From Ostrea edulis (lineage: Eukaryota): a DNA stretch of 64,000 nucleotides. Below are positions 1-13,074 of the stretch, in pieces; the stretch's first letter is position 1, and each line of letters begins with the position of its first letter. The notes beneath the pieces were generated by a model. That model had not been told where the DNA came from. It searched no databases and worked only from the letters and a program-made list of their open reading frames with translations. The translations under genes were made by a program, and so were the position numbers. The DNA lies in contig NC_079169.1 in NCBI RefSeq assembly GCF_947568905.1, forward strand, positions 33,542,001 through 33,606,000. The letters are read 5' to 3'.

Positions 1-3000
1 TACTTAGGAGTTTTCTAGGCGGTCCATTAAGCCACAAACTTTCTTGAAGGTTTCTAGCAGGTATAGAGCGTGTGGCTTCATCTGCTGGGTTTAGACCCGT
101 AGGAACATATCTCCATTGTGCAGGTTTGCTAATTCTTCTGATCTTGTCGATGCGATTTCTGACGTATACATGAAATCTCTTGGTTTCATTGTTTATGTAT
201 CCAAGTACGACTTTACTGTCTGAGAAAAATGTCACTTGATTCAGATCCAAGTCAAGTTCATCTTGAATAGTTTCATAAATTTCAACTCCCATCACAGCTG
301 CGCACAATTCCAATCTCGGAATGGTATGGCCATGTTTTGGTGCCACTTTAGCCTTCCCGGTCACAAATGTCAAATGTTGCGTACTGTTTTCATCAAAAGT
401 TCTCAGGTATGCTACTGTGGCGATAGCTTTTTCGGAAGCATCCGAAAATACGAGAAGATCCTTGGGATTCTTCCTTCCTGAAACTTGATGAATATAAGCC
501 CTTGAGATGTTGACGTTTTCTAGAGAGATAAGACTGTCTCTCCAAGAATCAAATTTGACTCGCAAGTCATCAGACAGTGGTTGATCCCACTCTATTGGTT
601 CTATCATTGCTTCACGTAACAGTAATTTCCCACCAATTGTCACTGGTGTCGCGAATCCAAGCGGATCATACAGTCCATTTACCACAGACAACACACCTCT
701 CCTTGTGAATGGTTTTTCATTCAAGGATACACGAAAAGTAAATGTATCAAACTGCAGGTTCCAACAAACTCCTAAACTACGTTGTAAGGGAAGATTGTCG
801 TGGTCAAAGTCCAGGTCACGGAGTTCCTTGACTAAGTCTTCTTTGTCGAAGGCTAACAAAACTTCATTGGAATTGGAGCAGATCTTGTGTAAACGCAAGT
901 TGCCTTCTGCTTTTAGAGCTTCTTGTGTCCGCTTTAGGAGACTTATGGCTTCCTTTGAAGTCGGGAGTGAGATTAAGGCATCATCAACATAAAAGTTCTT
1001 ATTGACAAACTCCCTCATGTCAGCGCCGTACTGCTTCTCTGCAAGCATAGCCGTCCTCCTTAGACCATAAGTTGCCACTGCTGGACTCGGGCTGTTTCCA
1101 AACACATGCACGCACATCCTGAAGTCTACAATCTCATTGTCAATGTTATTGTCTTTGTGCCATAGGAAGCGAAGGTAGTTCCTATGTTCTCCTTCAACTT
1201 TGAAGCAGTAGAACATTCGCTGGATATCTGCCATCAATGCAACGGGTTCTTGACGAAAGCGAAGAAGTATTCCAATCAAACGGTTAGTGAGGTCGGGTCC
1301 TGACATCAGAACGTCATTGAGGGAAATATTATTGAATTTGGCAGATGAGTCAAAAATGCCTCGGATCTGATCTGGCTTTTGTGGGTGATATACCCCGAAC
1401 AAGGGAAGATACCAGCATTCTTTGTCACTGTTAATCAAGGGGGCTGGCTCAGCATGCCCTTCCATGAATATCTTCTCCATAAACTCGGTGAAATGCTGCC
1501 TTTTCTGAGTGTTTTTACGGAGGCTTTCTGTCAGTATCCTTGCTCGTTTCATCGCCTGAGATCTGTTATTTGGTAATTTGGGTCTATTTTTCCGGAAAGG
1601 AAGAGGAGCTGTCCAGCTTCCGTCGCAGTCCTTTCGGAATTCGCTATCCATAAGCTCTAAGAATTCAGAGTCTTCGACAGAAAACGCAATTCTTTCGTCT
1701 GTAGCTGTTTTCACAAAAATATCGGAGTTATTGCAGTTTGAATACTTTGTGGTATTAAACGACGCAGAATGCGCACAAGTGTCTAATCCGCTTTCTTTGA
1801 GATCCAGTACATTAACACACGGTTCAAACAAAGATGGTCGTCCATTTCCCAAAATGTGTACTTTGTTCACATTCACAACTTCTGGTCTGTGTGTTCCGTT
1901 GAGACAACTCTCACCAACAATAACCCAACCGAGACGAAGGCGTTGGGCGTAAGGTGTGGTCCTGGGACCAAGGCGTTGGTCTAAAACATGATGTGCCTCC
2001 ATGAGATCTCTACCAATAAGAAGCAGAGTATCACTACCGTCATCCAAATTAGGAATGTATTTAGCAATGTCCTGAAGATGAGGATAAGATCTGGCGACGT
2101 CTGGTGTTGGAATCTCGGAACGAACATTCGGAATGTTGTTACACTCTATGAGAGTAGGAAGTTTAAGGTTGGTGCTGCCATCCAAAGACTGCACAACAAG
2201 ACCTGTGGCACGTCTCCCTTTAGTAGGTACAGACCCCGCACATGATGTGAGGATATAATCCACTAATCTGCTCTTGACCTGCAGATCATCAAGTAATTTT
2301 GATTTTGCAAGTGATCGATTGCTCTGGTCATCTATTATCGCATAAAGTTTCACTGCATTGTTGGGAAATCCTTCACAGTAGACATTAACGAGAACAGTTT
2401 TGGAACATGATCTGCTGACGCTACTGACATTTTTACAAATCTGTGTGCATTTGGTGTCTACAATGTCAGCCCTTTTCTCTCCCTCCCCGCCGTCAGCTCT
2501 GGGCACTCCGAGGGATCTTACTTGCTGAAGTATGCCATGTAAAGCAGAGGGATGTGTGTCACTGTTGCACTCGGTACACTTGATATCCTTCCGACAGTTC
2601 CTTTTAGTGTGTTTAGTTGATTCACAACATTTGAAGCAGATGCCATTTTCTTTCACAAATTTTCTTCTTTCTTCTAATGATTTGTTTCTAAAGACTCTGC
2701 AGTCATTTAATGGGTGCTTTGTGTGATGTAGAGGACACTCCTTGTCTGGTTCCTCGTGAACTTCCTGTTGAGAAATTGTTTTCTTCGCTGTCACGTGAAA
2801 GTTCTTTGTCTTAGAGACAAATGGTTTTTCTGTCGACGACTGGATTCCACCATACTGAAAGCTTGGATCGTTCTTCACCCTGCTTATGTCTCTCATAAAT
2901 TCTACAAACACTGAAAAGGGTGGGAAAGACACATCGTTTCTCTTTTTATAGTTCACGGCATGGTTTGTCCACTTCTCCTGGATCGAATGTGGCAGTTTGT

Positions 3001-4388
3001 TTAAGACGGGTAAGATGCCTGCAGAGGAGTCAAAATATGCTAGAAGCAAAGCATATATTTGATCTTCTTTAAGTGCTTCTACCTCACTCAAAACATCACA
3101 GAGTTCGTAAAGTCTTTTATTGTCTTTATCCGTCAACTTGGGTATGTTCGCGAGTTTCTGCTTTAAGGCAGATTCCACCATTTCTGGAGAGCCATATCTA
3201 TCACTGAGACGTTCCCAGATTCTGTGAAGACATCGTTTAGAATCATGGTAATTAGCGGTCTTGATGCTATTGGCATGTTTCGATGAATCTGGCCCTAAGA
3301 ACTTAATTAACAAATCTATTTCTTCTTCTGTAGACACACTCAATTCTTTGGCGATATTTTGGAAAGTCATTTTCCATGCTACAAAAGACTCTGCTTTATC
3401 ATCAAAGTTCCTGAGTCTTGACATCAAAAGATCATTCTTTAATAAGAAACGTGTGAATTCTGACAGTTGATTGCTTATTTCAATTGGAGCTGTCGTTAAC
3501 ATTGTTGGAGCTGAAAGGCCTCCTCTTTCGTAAATGTTGTTGGTAGGTGGCTCTATATCACAAGAATTTTCAGTACGGTGATGTGATGTTAAGTTTTCAT
3601 CCTCAGGATCGGGTGTGAAATTCAACCTACGAGCCTCTACGTACTTAGCTGTTCTTTGTTGAGTGTTTTCTGATTCTCTTGGTAGTGCACAAATAACAGA
3701 ACCACGTTCTTCCGCCTCAAGTTCAAGTGCGTGCAGTTCTGCGTCAACTTCCGCAGCTGCCTTCTTCTCTTCCAACAGTTTAAGTTCTGCCTCACATTCT
3801 TGTTTAGATCTTTCTATGTATGCCTTTTCTTTAGCTGCGGATAAGGTCTGTTGCTCTTCCAGCTGTGCTTTCCTTCTAAGTACTAGATTTTCTTCTTCAG
3901 CATATCTGACTCTCACTCTTGCTGCTTGAGCCTTAGCGCGTTTGAGGGCTACAACAGTGTCTACTTGTGATCCACTGGACCGAGACTTCCGAGATGTGAC
4001 ACGGGAAACAACTGAAGCTGTTTCTATTGCGATTTCCTTTAACTCACTAATGTTCCGAAATGCTTCTTCTACTATTACTGTTCTTTCATCGAACACAATA
4101 ATCACATCTTTTAAGTAATTTTCACTCTCTTCTGTTTTTGTCCTTTGAAGAAAGTGCGTAAAGTCCTCTCTGATCAAACTGAGTTTCTCGTATGCTTGGT
4201 TGAGGTCTTCTTCTATTTTACACAGTGTAGAGAATTTGGTTTCTCTGTTGATTGTGCTGATTGACAAACCAATAGTCTTCCACAAGTCATCGAGCCTGGA
4301 TTTGTATTTATCTACGGAGGATTTGTCCCTTGTCGGTCAAAGTCCTTGTGGAGCGGAGATCTCCCTCTTCTTGTACCACTGGATCCAT
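1..4388 (-). CDS. Bel/Pao gag-pol polyprotein, partial; main frame open from about 4330 to the window edge, with the likely ATG at 4388 one frameshift away
   Basis: No stop found by hand in the frame containing codons starting at 4318 and 4. ATG at 4388 reads MDPVVQEEGDLRSTRTLTDKGQ and then stops. Absent from the ORF track, probably because it lacks an in-window stop. Confidence 0.85.
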
Positions 4389-4407
4389 TCTGAGTAGCTT
4401 TTCTTAC

Positions 4408-5231
4408 TGTACAGTCTGTAGTCTGGAGAGTCCAAGACAATACTGCAGTAAAACCAGTCAAAAATACTCCAAAACTTTATTGAGTAAAGATGAAATGGTA
4501 AGAAAACTGAAAAGTAACAAAGAACACACTATTACAATTCAATCATGTACAAAAAATGAGATTAACCATACATACACAAATCAATGCAAGATTATGACAA
4601 TAACTGGTGACCATACTTTTTAAATTCAGACAGCAATTCGCTTTAAAATTGTGTTAAAGCAACCAAACAATTGAAATATGATAATAGAAAATATAAGTGC
4701 ATACACTTTATCTCTGATATCCATAAATTCATGTAAACAACTATGTATATACCATCGATACAAAACCCCGCATCATAAACATCATCCATACACACATGTA
4801 AATGGCATAAAAATCCCTAAATTGTGTATGCATCAGGAAATATTCATATTTAAGGCTTGTTTAAATACTTCAAGAAATGCTAGTATGATAGCATTACAAA
4901 AAATCCAGATAATTTCACAATAACAGTTCCTTTCATATTTATCCCGAAATTTCTCTGATCCACAACCTAGTATACATATGCAAAACTGAATAGGTAAACA
5001 AGTTTCCATAACTTTGCAATTTAAATAAAAAACATCTAGATAAACACTTACGCTGTGCAGGAACAGTTTCAAGTGAACAAGACACTGAAGATCTACATTT
5101 TATGCAGGTAAACAGATACGCGAGTGCTCAGGAGCACATGCTGCATATAACGTTTGTAATACGTTCTCAAAACATCAGATCGGAAAGAACTAAAAATCAA
5201 AATCCGGATAAATAATTCCGGTGACGGAACA
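4408..5231 (-). repeat. Putative 5' LTR of the Bel/Pao element (about 820 bp)
   Basis: Minus strand begins TGTTCCG at 5231 and ends TGTACA at 4408, with AATAAA near 4480. The second LTR is outside the window, so boundaries are inferred. Confidence 0.55.
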
Positions 5232-5261
5232 GCGCTTGTTCTTTAGAAATGCCGTACCCCG

Positions 5262-5905
5262 TAAATAACCGGATTAGAATAGGTCCTCAATACCCCTTGC
5301 TTGTCGTAAGAGGCGACTAGAAGGGGCGATCCTTCGGATAAGACTGGAAAAACCGAGGCATCGTGTCACAACTGGTGTGGCACGATAAAGATCCCTCCCT
5401 GCTCAAAGGCTGTAAGCTCCGAGCACAGCCTTACATTTTGCAGTCCTTCACCGGAAATAGTGACATCTCCATATGATTGATTGGTTTCTTTTTACATCCC
5501 TATCTGGATTTTTCACTCATATTGAGAGGTCACCATTTGTAGGTGAAGTACCACAAATGTAGACCCAGCTTATGTTTAGCGCTCAGCTCCGTAGATGAGG
5601 GTTCTTTATCGTGCCAACGCATGCCGTGGCAAGGGACCTCCGTTTCTAAGGTCATACCTGAACGACCCGTGATTCTCATGCACTTCTAAATGCCGAGCGT
5701 TTAGCGAAGGAGCAAGTCTTAGGTTTGCCATATGAGTGAAAAATTCTCGAGAGGGACGTTAAAACAATATTAAATCAATCAATTCTAGGTTTGATTGGAA
5801 CAAACGGGGCTTGAATTCACGATCTTCCTGTTATGAAGCGAACGCTCTACTACTGAGCTACCACGACCCCATATGAGTGAAAAAATATCGAGTGGGACAT
5901 TAAAC
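5262..5905. mobile_element. Cluster of tRNA-derived SINE fragments in both orientations
   Basis: Body motif ggattagaataggtcc...gtgacatctccatatga recurs across the window; degenerate tRNA-like head on minus at about 5800-5870. Confidence 0.75.
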
Positions 5906-6904
5906 AATATATATACAGCAAAAGATTGCGGTAAAGTCTTTCAATTTTGCAAATACAACTCCCAAATGTTTCATATTTGTAAAAGTCAGCTGTCGATTGT
6001 AAAAGTAAGCCTCTTCGTAAAACGTTATTAATAATAGTCAAAATACATTGGAATGCAAATTTGTGAAAAAGGAATCATGAAGTATATTTATGAGAGACTG
6101 ATGCAAATTTAAATTACTTCTGTTTGACACACACTCATCCACTCAAACACAACAGAGTGGAACTAAATCCCATTGTAAAATGGGATTCAAAATGGATAAC
6201 TGGTACAAAATGTGGTACATGCTAATCGAAAAGGGTTATGAATTTGACATATTGATGTCTAGGAAAAAGAAATTTTGACATCGGGGGTCTAAGCGTTTTC
6301 ATACACATCTGATAGAAGTGTTCTACATCTTTAAAAATAGAAATCAATAGAATATGTCTTTACATACATAGGTGTGGCATTTGCCATTATTCCTAGCAGA
6401 GACATACCATGTATGCGCTAAAATAATTCATAAGCAAATGTCAAAATGCTCATGTAGAAAATGTGAACCTTACCGCAAACAACCGCAGTGAAAGACGCCA
6501 TTTCGAGATTTTCACCAACGAAAGTTCGATAACAGTAATGAATAAGGTACACTCATTTTGTATCTATTTTGTGACTTTCTTTATTAAAAAGAACGGTTCC
6601 CTAAGGTGTAACGTGCATATAGTACAATGAAGCAGTTTCACTTTGCAACCGGATATGAGAAATTTTATTGCGTATTCCGATCCCGTTCGGAGTTGTTGAC
6701 TGGGAATGACGTGTTAATTCAATATGCATGTAACATCAAGCTTTTTTAAAATATCACAATGTTGTAAAGTTTTGTTTTTTTTGGTTTTTTTTGTTGGTTT
6801 TTTGGTTTGTTTGTTTTTTAAATTTTCTATCAATACAATACATATCATAATTCAAATTGAATTATCTCCCTTAGGCAGTGGTAAATAGATAGTCATAATA
6901 AGAT

Positions 6905-7170
6905 TGATTGAATATTGTTTTACGTCCCTCTCGAGAATATTTCACTCATATGGAGACGTCACCACTGCCGGTGAAAGGCTGCAAAATTTATTCCTATGCT
7001 CGGCGCTAATGACCATTGAGCAGGGAGGGATCTTTATCGTGTCACACCTGCCGTGGCACGGGACCTCTGTTTTTACGGTCTCATCCGAAAGACCGCTCCA
7101 TTTAGTCGCCTTTTACGACAAGCAAGGGGGTACTGAGGACCTATTCTAACCCAGATCCACACGGGATTCA
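6905..7170 (-). mobile_element. SINE body (same family)
   Basis: Reverse complement of the body at 5262-5470; similar to 62990-63280. Confidence 0.8.
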
Positions 7171-7180
7171 TAATAAGAAA

Positions 7181-7365
7181 GATGATGACATACAAACAGA
7201 CAGACAAAGTGACATGACCCCAAAATCTATAGGCGTCTTCCTCTTATTGTAAAGTATTTCTGTACAAAATCTTAAAACTGTACAATGAAAACTGTTTGAG
7301 TTATCGTGTCACAAAGAAAGTGTTCATAATAACAGAGATGATGACATACAGACAGACAACGTGAC
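7181..7365. repeat. About 156-bp tandem repeat with (GACA)n/(GACG)n tracts, Helentron-like; continues at 11986-12150 after the Gypsy insertion
   Basis: gatgatgacatac at 7181 and 7337; the second unit is split at GTGAC and resumes atgaccccaaaat at 11991. Confidence 0.65.
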
Positions 7366-7561
7366 TGTAATGTTATCAACTCTGACTTATTCGGATTCCA
7401 GATATCAATGGTTCTTTGATTATTGTTTACTTGTACTTTTGTTTTTGTAACCAGTTTAGTTAGAAAGAGTACCAGCTAATAAATGGTGGCACACGTTGTT
7501 GTGTTTTGTGCTTAGACATATCTATTGCCATCCTACCTTGTCGGGTACACATGATATTACA
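7366..7561 (+). repeat. Gypsy 5' LTR
   Basis: Direct repeat of 11790-11985. Confidence 0.97.
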
Positions 7562-7570
7562 TGGTGTCAG

Positions 7571-10500
7571 ATGGAGCACATAAGACCACCCCCGGAATTG
7601 GATTTTTCATCATCAGATGGAAATCTCCCTGAACGATGGAGGAAATGGGAACAACCATGCGGTTGTATTTGAACATCGCTATGCACGAGCGGGACGAAAA
7701 GGATCAATGCAGTGCATTCCTCTACACAATCGGGCAAGATGGGCGTGAAATTTACAACACGATAACAATTTCGAATAACGACAAGGACAAAATAGAACCT
7801 TTGTTCACGAAGTTCAAGGAATACTGTGCACCCCGGGAAAACATAACGGTTTGGAGACACAGATTCCACACACGGCAACAAGGTAAAACAGAGACAATAG
7901 ATCAGTATGTTACAGATTTACGTGTGATAGCTAAAAACTGTAAATTTGGAGCCTTAGAAGAGGATATGTTGCGCGATCGAATTGTTTGTGGTGTTAACTC
8001 GGAGAGAGTGAAAGAGAGGCTACTTCGGGACAACAAATTGACACTGGAGAGTGCATTGAGCGTGTGCAGAGCCAGTGAGGAATCGGCAATACACCTCAGT
8101 GATTTGCACAGTGAAGAAGCGACTGCAGCCGCAGTGTTCAAGAAATCATCAAAGGACAGAGAGTATCGCAAGCAACAGGTAAACAGAAATGACAGAAAGA
8201 AGCACAGTGTAAAACCGACAAACTCCCGAGAACAGAAAAGCAAAGTCAAAGCATGCGGAAAGTGTGGAACTAGTCATGACGTGGGTAAGTGTCCAGCGCA
8301 TGGGAAGAACTGTTTAAAATGCAACAAGCCCAATCACTTTGCCAAAATGTGCAGAACTAAAAACGTAAACATTGTGGAGCACAATGAAGTGACTACCGAT
8401 GAATTCTTCATAAACGCAGTGAATAGCAACACAAGTACCGTTACCAAGGATGAGGCATATGTGAATCTCGTGTTCAACAAAATGACTGTAAGAATGAAGA
8501 TTGACACAGGGTCGCAAGTTAACATAATTCCCAGAGACATCTTGAGCAAACTGTCAGTGAAAAAACAAATTGTAAACACTTCAGTGACATTAAAGTGTTA
8601 CATGGGCAACCACATACCGATCATAGGGAAGTGTTTTCTGAGGTACAAGAATCACGATTTGGAATTCTTTGTGACAAAAACAGACACTACTCCACTACTC
8701 GGACTGAAATCATGTGTAGACCTCGGATTGGTTAAACTCACTATGATGACTCAGAAAGAAGATAAAACAGATCTGGTCAACCAATTCTCATCAGTGTTCC
8801 AAGGTTTGGGATGTCTACGGGACCCTTACCACATACAGCTAAACTCTACTGTGCAACCAGTTGTGCACCCACCTCGAACATTTCCAGCAGCACTACGAAA
8901 TGAATTAAAAGCTTCATTGGATGAAATGGAGTCACAAGGCGTAATTGGAAAAGTAGACGAACCAACGGAATGGGTCAACTCTATTGTTTGTGTGGAAAAA
9001 TCCAATGGCAAATTAAGGATATGTCTGGACCCACGGGATCTCAACAAAGCGATCAAGCGAGAGTATTACCAATTACCCACAATTGAGGAAATCACCACTC
9101 GATTAGCAGGAGCTAGAGTCTTCAGTAAACTGGACGCCAACATTGGCTATTGGCAGATACCACTTGACCCACAGAGCCAAAAACTTACAACATTTAACAC
9201 ACCTTTCGGACGTTACTGTTTTCGAAGGATGCCATTTGGAATCAAAAGTGCACAGGAACTCTTCCAGAAACGAATCTCACAACATTTCTGTCACATTCCA
9301 GGAGTAGAAGTGGACATTGATCATGACATATTAGTTGAGCATCACTGAAGAGACATTATTTGTCGAAATGCGCATCTGGTGCATCAAAAGTGTTACCGTA
9401 TAAGTTTTACATTAGTCTGGGTGAAGACCAGAGAGGAACATGATCAGAGGTTAAGGACAGTGTTAGAAAAGTGTAAAGAGATCAAATTGACTCTAAACAA
9501 AGACAAATGCAGATTCGGAAGTTCTGAAGTCACTTACATTGGACACATTTTATCATGTGACGGTGTGAAACCGGATCCAAGGAAAATCGAAGCGATTGCC
9601 AGGATGCCGCCACCAGAAGACAAGAAGGGAGTCGAACGACTACTGGGCACCATCAACTACTTGGCCAAATTCATACCCAACATGTCAAATATCACACAAC
9701 CAATCAGAACTCTTCTGAGAAAGGAGGTGACATTTCACTGGGATCAAGGTCAGAAAAGTGCATTCAAGGAAATCAAGAGAGTTTTGTCCGAAGCACCAGT
9801 TCTCACCTTTTTCGATGTCAAGAAACCTGTGATTGTAAGTGTGGATGCATCAAAATCTGGACTAGGAGCTGTCGTTCTACAAAGTGACAAACCTATTGCG
9901 TATGCGTCGAGAGCACTTACTGATACGCACAGATTGAAAAAGAATTACTTGCAGTGACATTCGGACTAGAACGATTTAATCAGTATACATATGGTGTTGA
10001 TGTCACAGTCGAAAATGACCATAAGCCACTCGAATCAATTCTGAGGAAACAACTCTCACAGGCACCTCCAAGACTTCAAAGACTTCTACTTAGATTACAG
10101 AAGTACACTTTCACATTCAAATACATGCCTGGCAGAGAACTAGTAGTTGCTGACACGCTTTCACGAGCATATCTTCCCGTCAACAGACAGGAATCCCAAT
10201 CTCTGAATCAGGAATTAGATACATTTGTTCATTCTGTGTTTTTACAAAGTGTGCTCATGTCCAGGAACATTCTGGAGGAAATCCGAAGGAAAACGGAAAG
10301 TGACAATAACATAAAAACAGTGAAGGATTGCATTCAGAGTGAATGGCCTCCATACAGGACATTCGCAGCAAACAGAACCTTACAAACATTCTGGAAAATC
10401 AAGGATTTTCTTACTGTGGTAGATGGATTGATTATTAAAGGAGAAAAGATTGTGATCCCAAGAGAATTACAACAAGAAATCTTGCGACAACTACACACAG

Positions 10501-11552
10501 GACACATGGGCATGGAGAAAACCAAATGACGAGCTAGAAACCTCGTGTACTGGCCGAATATCAACAAAGATATTGATGACATGACTCTTCAATGCAACAT
10601 TTGCATGGATTTCCGAAACCAAAACCCAAGGGAACATCTTGTCTCAACAGCGATTCCTGAAGGACCATGACAAACTGTAGGAACAGATTTGTTCAGTCTA
10701 CACAATAATGACTATCTGGTGGTCACAGACTACTACTTTAGATATTTCGAAGTGACAAAACTGCCGAACACCAGAAGTAGTACCATCATTGACAGACTGA
10801 AGTCAATTTTTGCTAGACATGGCATTCCATACGAAGTCAAGAGCGACAACGGACCACAGTACACCTCCCAGGAATTCCAACAATATGCAAGGGAGTGGAA
10901 TTTTCAGCACATGACATCCAGCCCGTACCATCAACAAGCAAATGAACTTGCGGAAAAGACCGTCCAAACAGTCAAACGATTGCTGGAGAAATCGAGAATA
11001 GATGGAAGTGATCCCTACTTGGGTATATTAGAGTATAGGAACACACCTACTGAAACTGGATCGCCAGCGCAGTTACTAATGAGCAGGGAATTGCAATCTA
11101 TATTACCCATCACCAAAAAACAACTCAGGCCAAGAACTGTGAAACATACTAAAGTTCGCGAGGATCGAAAAGATGCGCAGAGAAGGCAACAATATTACTA
11201 CAATCGATCAACTCGAGTTCAGCCAGAAATCTCTTAAGGGACAAGCCGTTCTTTCAGACACAAGGACGAATGGAAACCGGGCTATGTGATGAAGAACGAC
11301 AATCGATCGTACTGGATGACCACACCAGAAGGTGACAAATACAGAAGAAATCGCAAAGACATTCTAATCTCCAAGGAAAAGACATTCCGAAAGAAACCAG
11401 TGTTTTTACCTGATGATGCAACTAACAGCTTACCAGAACTTGATGATTCAAGGAATTCTATTGTTTTGGAACCCAAAACTACGCCGGAAGCTGAAAATTA
11501 TAGGACGCGATATGGTAGAGAAGTGCGGAAGCCGAAGCGTTTTGACGAATAG
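7571..11552 (+). pseudogene. Gypsy gag-pol, disrupted
   Basis: CCHC knuckle (CLKCNKPNHFAKMC), protease (KIDTGS), RT (LDPRDLNKAI, MPFG), RNase H (DASKSGLGA), integrase (HTGHMG, SDNGPQY). Frameshifts near 7640, 9930 and 11235; stops at 9346, 10527 and near 10678; insertion at 9336-9416. Confidence 0.93.
9339..9382 (+). ncRNA. Minimal type I hammerhead ribozyme (Penelope-like-element type)
   Basis: Stem I GCATCA/TGGTGC, core CTGAAGA, stem II GACA-TTATT-TGTC, GAAA, palindromic stem III TGCGCA, TC cleavage site (cut after 9376). Confidence 0.88.
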
Positions 11553-11789
11553 ATTCTAGGATGTGTCAGTTATGAACGACTTTTTGTGTTTGTGATCTGG
11601 GGCAGAGTAATCCCCATTGCATTATTATTAGTATTTTATATGACTGGGCAGTCTACCCAAGTCATTAGTCATACTAAGGAAGTTACAATTTTGCTATGAT
11701 GTGTAGTCATAATGATCTGAAGGAAAATAACTCATTGACTAGTGCATGAACTTCAGTTTAATGACATTAAACTTTTGTAAGGAAAAAGT

Positions 11790-11985
11790 TGTAATGTTAT
11801 CAACTCTGACTTATTCGGATTCCAGATATCAATGGTTCTTTGATTATTGTTTACTTGTTCTTTTGTTTTTGTAACCAGTTTAGTTAGAAAGAGTACCAGC
11901 TAATAAATGGTGGCACACGTTGTTGTGTTTTGTGCTTAGGCATATCTATTGCCATCCTACCTTGTCGGGTACACATAATATTACA
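11790..11985 (+). repeat. Gypsy 3' LTR
   Basis: Direct repeat of 7366-7561. Confidence 0.97.
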
Positions 11986-12749
11986 GTGACATGACCCCAA
12001 AATTTATAAGCGTCTTCCTCGTATTGTAAATTATTTTTGTACAAAATTTGAAAACTGTACAATATAAACTGTTTGAGTTATCGTGTTACAAAGAAAGTGT
12101 TGACGGACATACAGACGGACGGACAATGTGAATTCATGCGGGGCCCTAATAATTATTTCATTTTTGAATATACATGGGGGTATGGACAGCAACCCTTCAC
12201 GCCAACATACCTTTCAAGAAGTGCTAACGCTAACCAGATTTGACCCATGTATGGCGGTCAAGGGCTTAGCAGTGAGGTTTTTTAAAATTGTGTCAACACC
12301 TACCGTGACGCGGTTTTTTAAAGGTCTTCACTTGTAATGCCGGGCGTTTGGTGAAGGAATAGTCACTGTCTATTTTAAACTATCAAAAAATACTCTTTTC
12401 CAGAATTAAAATTTTAAAGTTGTGAAATACATTGTAACATTTAATTTTTTTTAACGATATACAAAGGAACAGTAACCCGCAAAATTCATTGCTACTTTAC
12501 AGTCTATTTACTGTGGTAGATACATGTTTTTAACAATATTTTCATTATTTCTTCCAAATGTCTGTCTAAACTTGATTGTCAGTGAAACATTTTACATCTG
12601 AACAATGACGTCATCAGCACCGTGTCGTTCTGTCCGTCTGTTTCTGTTTAATGACCCGACATTAAACTTTCAACGAGCAGTAAACAATTACAGCATGGAT
12701 AATTCATTTCCATGTGTGAACTTGTACAGGCACGACGGAAAACAGGAAG

Positions 12750-13030
12750 ATCCACAGCCACCGTATCAATTCTTAGAGGACAGGAAGATCTACAGACTCC
12801 ATGTCAATTTCTACAGAGGACTGGAAGAACCACATACATCGTGTCAGTTCCAACAGAGGACAAGAAGAACTATACATACACCGTGTCAATTCCAACAGAG
12901 GTAAGGAAGAACCACATACATCGTGTCAATTCCGACAGAGGTCAGGAAGAACCACATACATCGTGTCAATTCCGACAGAGGTCAGGAAGAACCACATACA
13001 TCGTGTCTATTCCGACAGAGGAGAAGAATT
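12750..13030. repeat. 40-bp minisatellite
   Basis: tcgtgtcaattccgacagaggtcaggaagaaccacataca recurring at a 40-bp period. Confidence 0.85.
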
Positions 13031-13074
13031 GGAAGAGTCACAACATTAACTTGTATGAAAATATATAGATATGC

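Larger units (their letters stand above)
1..5231 (-). mobile_element. Bel/Pao LTR retrotransposon, 5' portion (3' part runs off the left window edge)
   Basis: Manual minus-strand translation gives gag with Cys/His knuckles, protease (YAIIDDQSNRS), RT (WYLPLFGVYHPQKP, ADIQRMF, HVFGNSPSP, FYVDD), Pao peptidase/RNase H (FSDASEKA, IPRLELCAA, NPADEATR); candidate 5' LTR upstream. Confidence 0.95.
7366..11985 (+). mobile_element. Full-length Ty3/Gypsy LTR retrotransposon, inactivated
   Basis: 196-bp LTRs TGTAA..TTACA (7366-7561, 11790-11985) with 3 mismatches; TSD GTGAC (7361-7365, 11986-11990); PBS TGGTGTCAGA 7562-7571; PPT about 11779-11788; gag-PR-RT-RH-IN order. Confidence 0.97.

Noticed and set aside
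236-4397. Plus-strand ORFs over the Bel/Pao element
   Set aside because: Antisense shadows of the minus-strand gag-pol frame
7366-11985. Apparent mismatch between high LTR identity and many internal lesions
   Set aside because: About 1.5% LTR divergence is compatible with a handful of stops and indels over 4.2 kb
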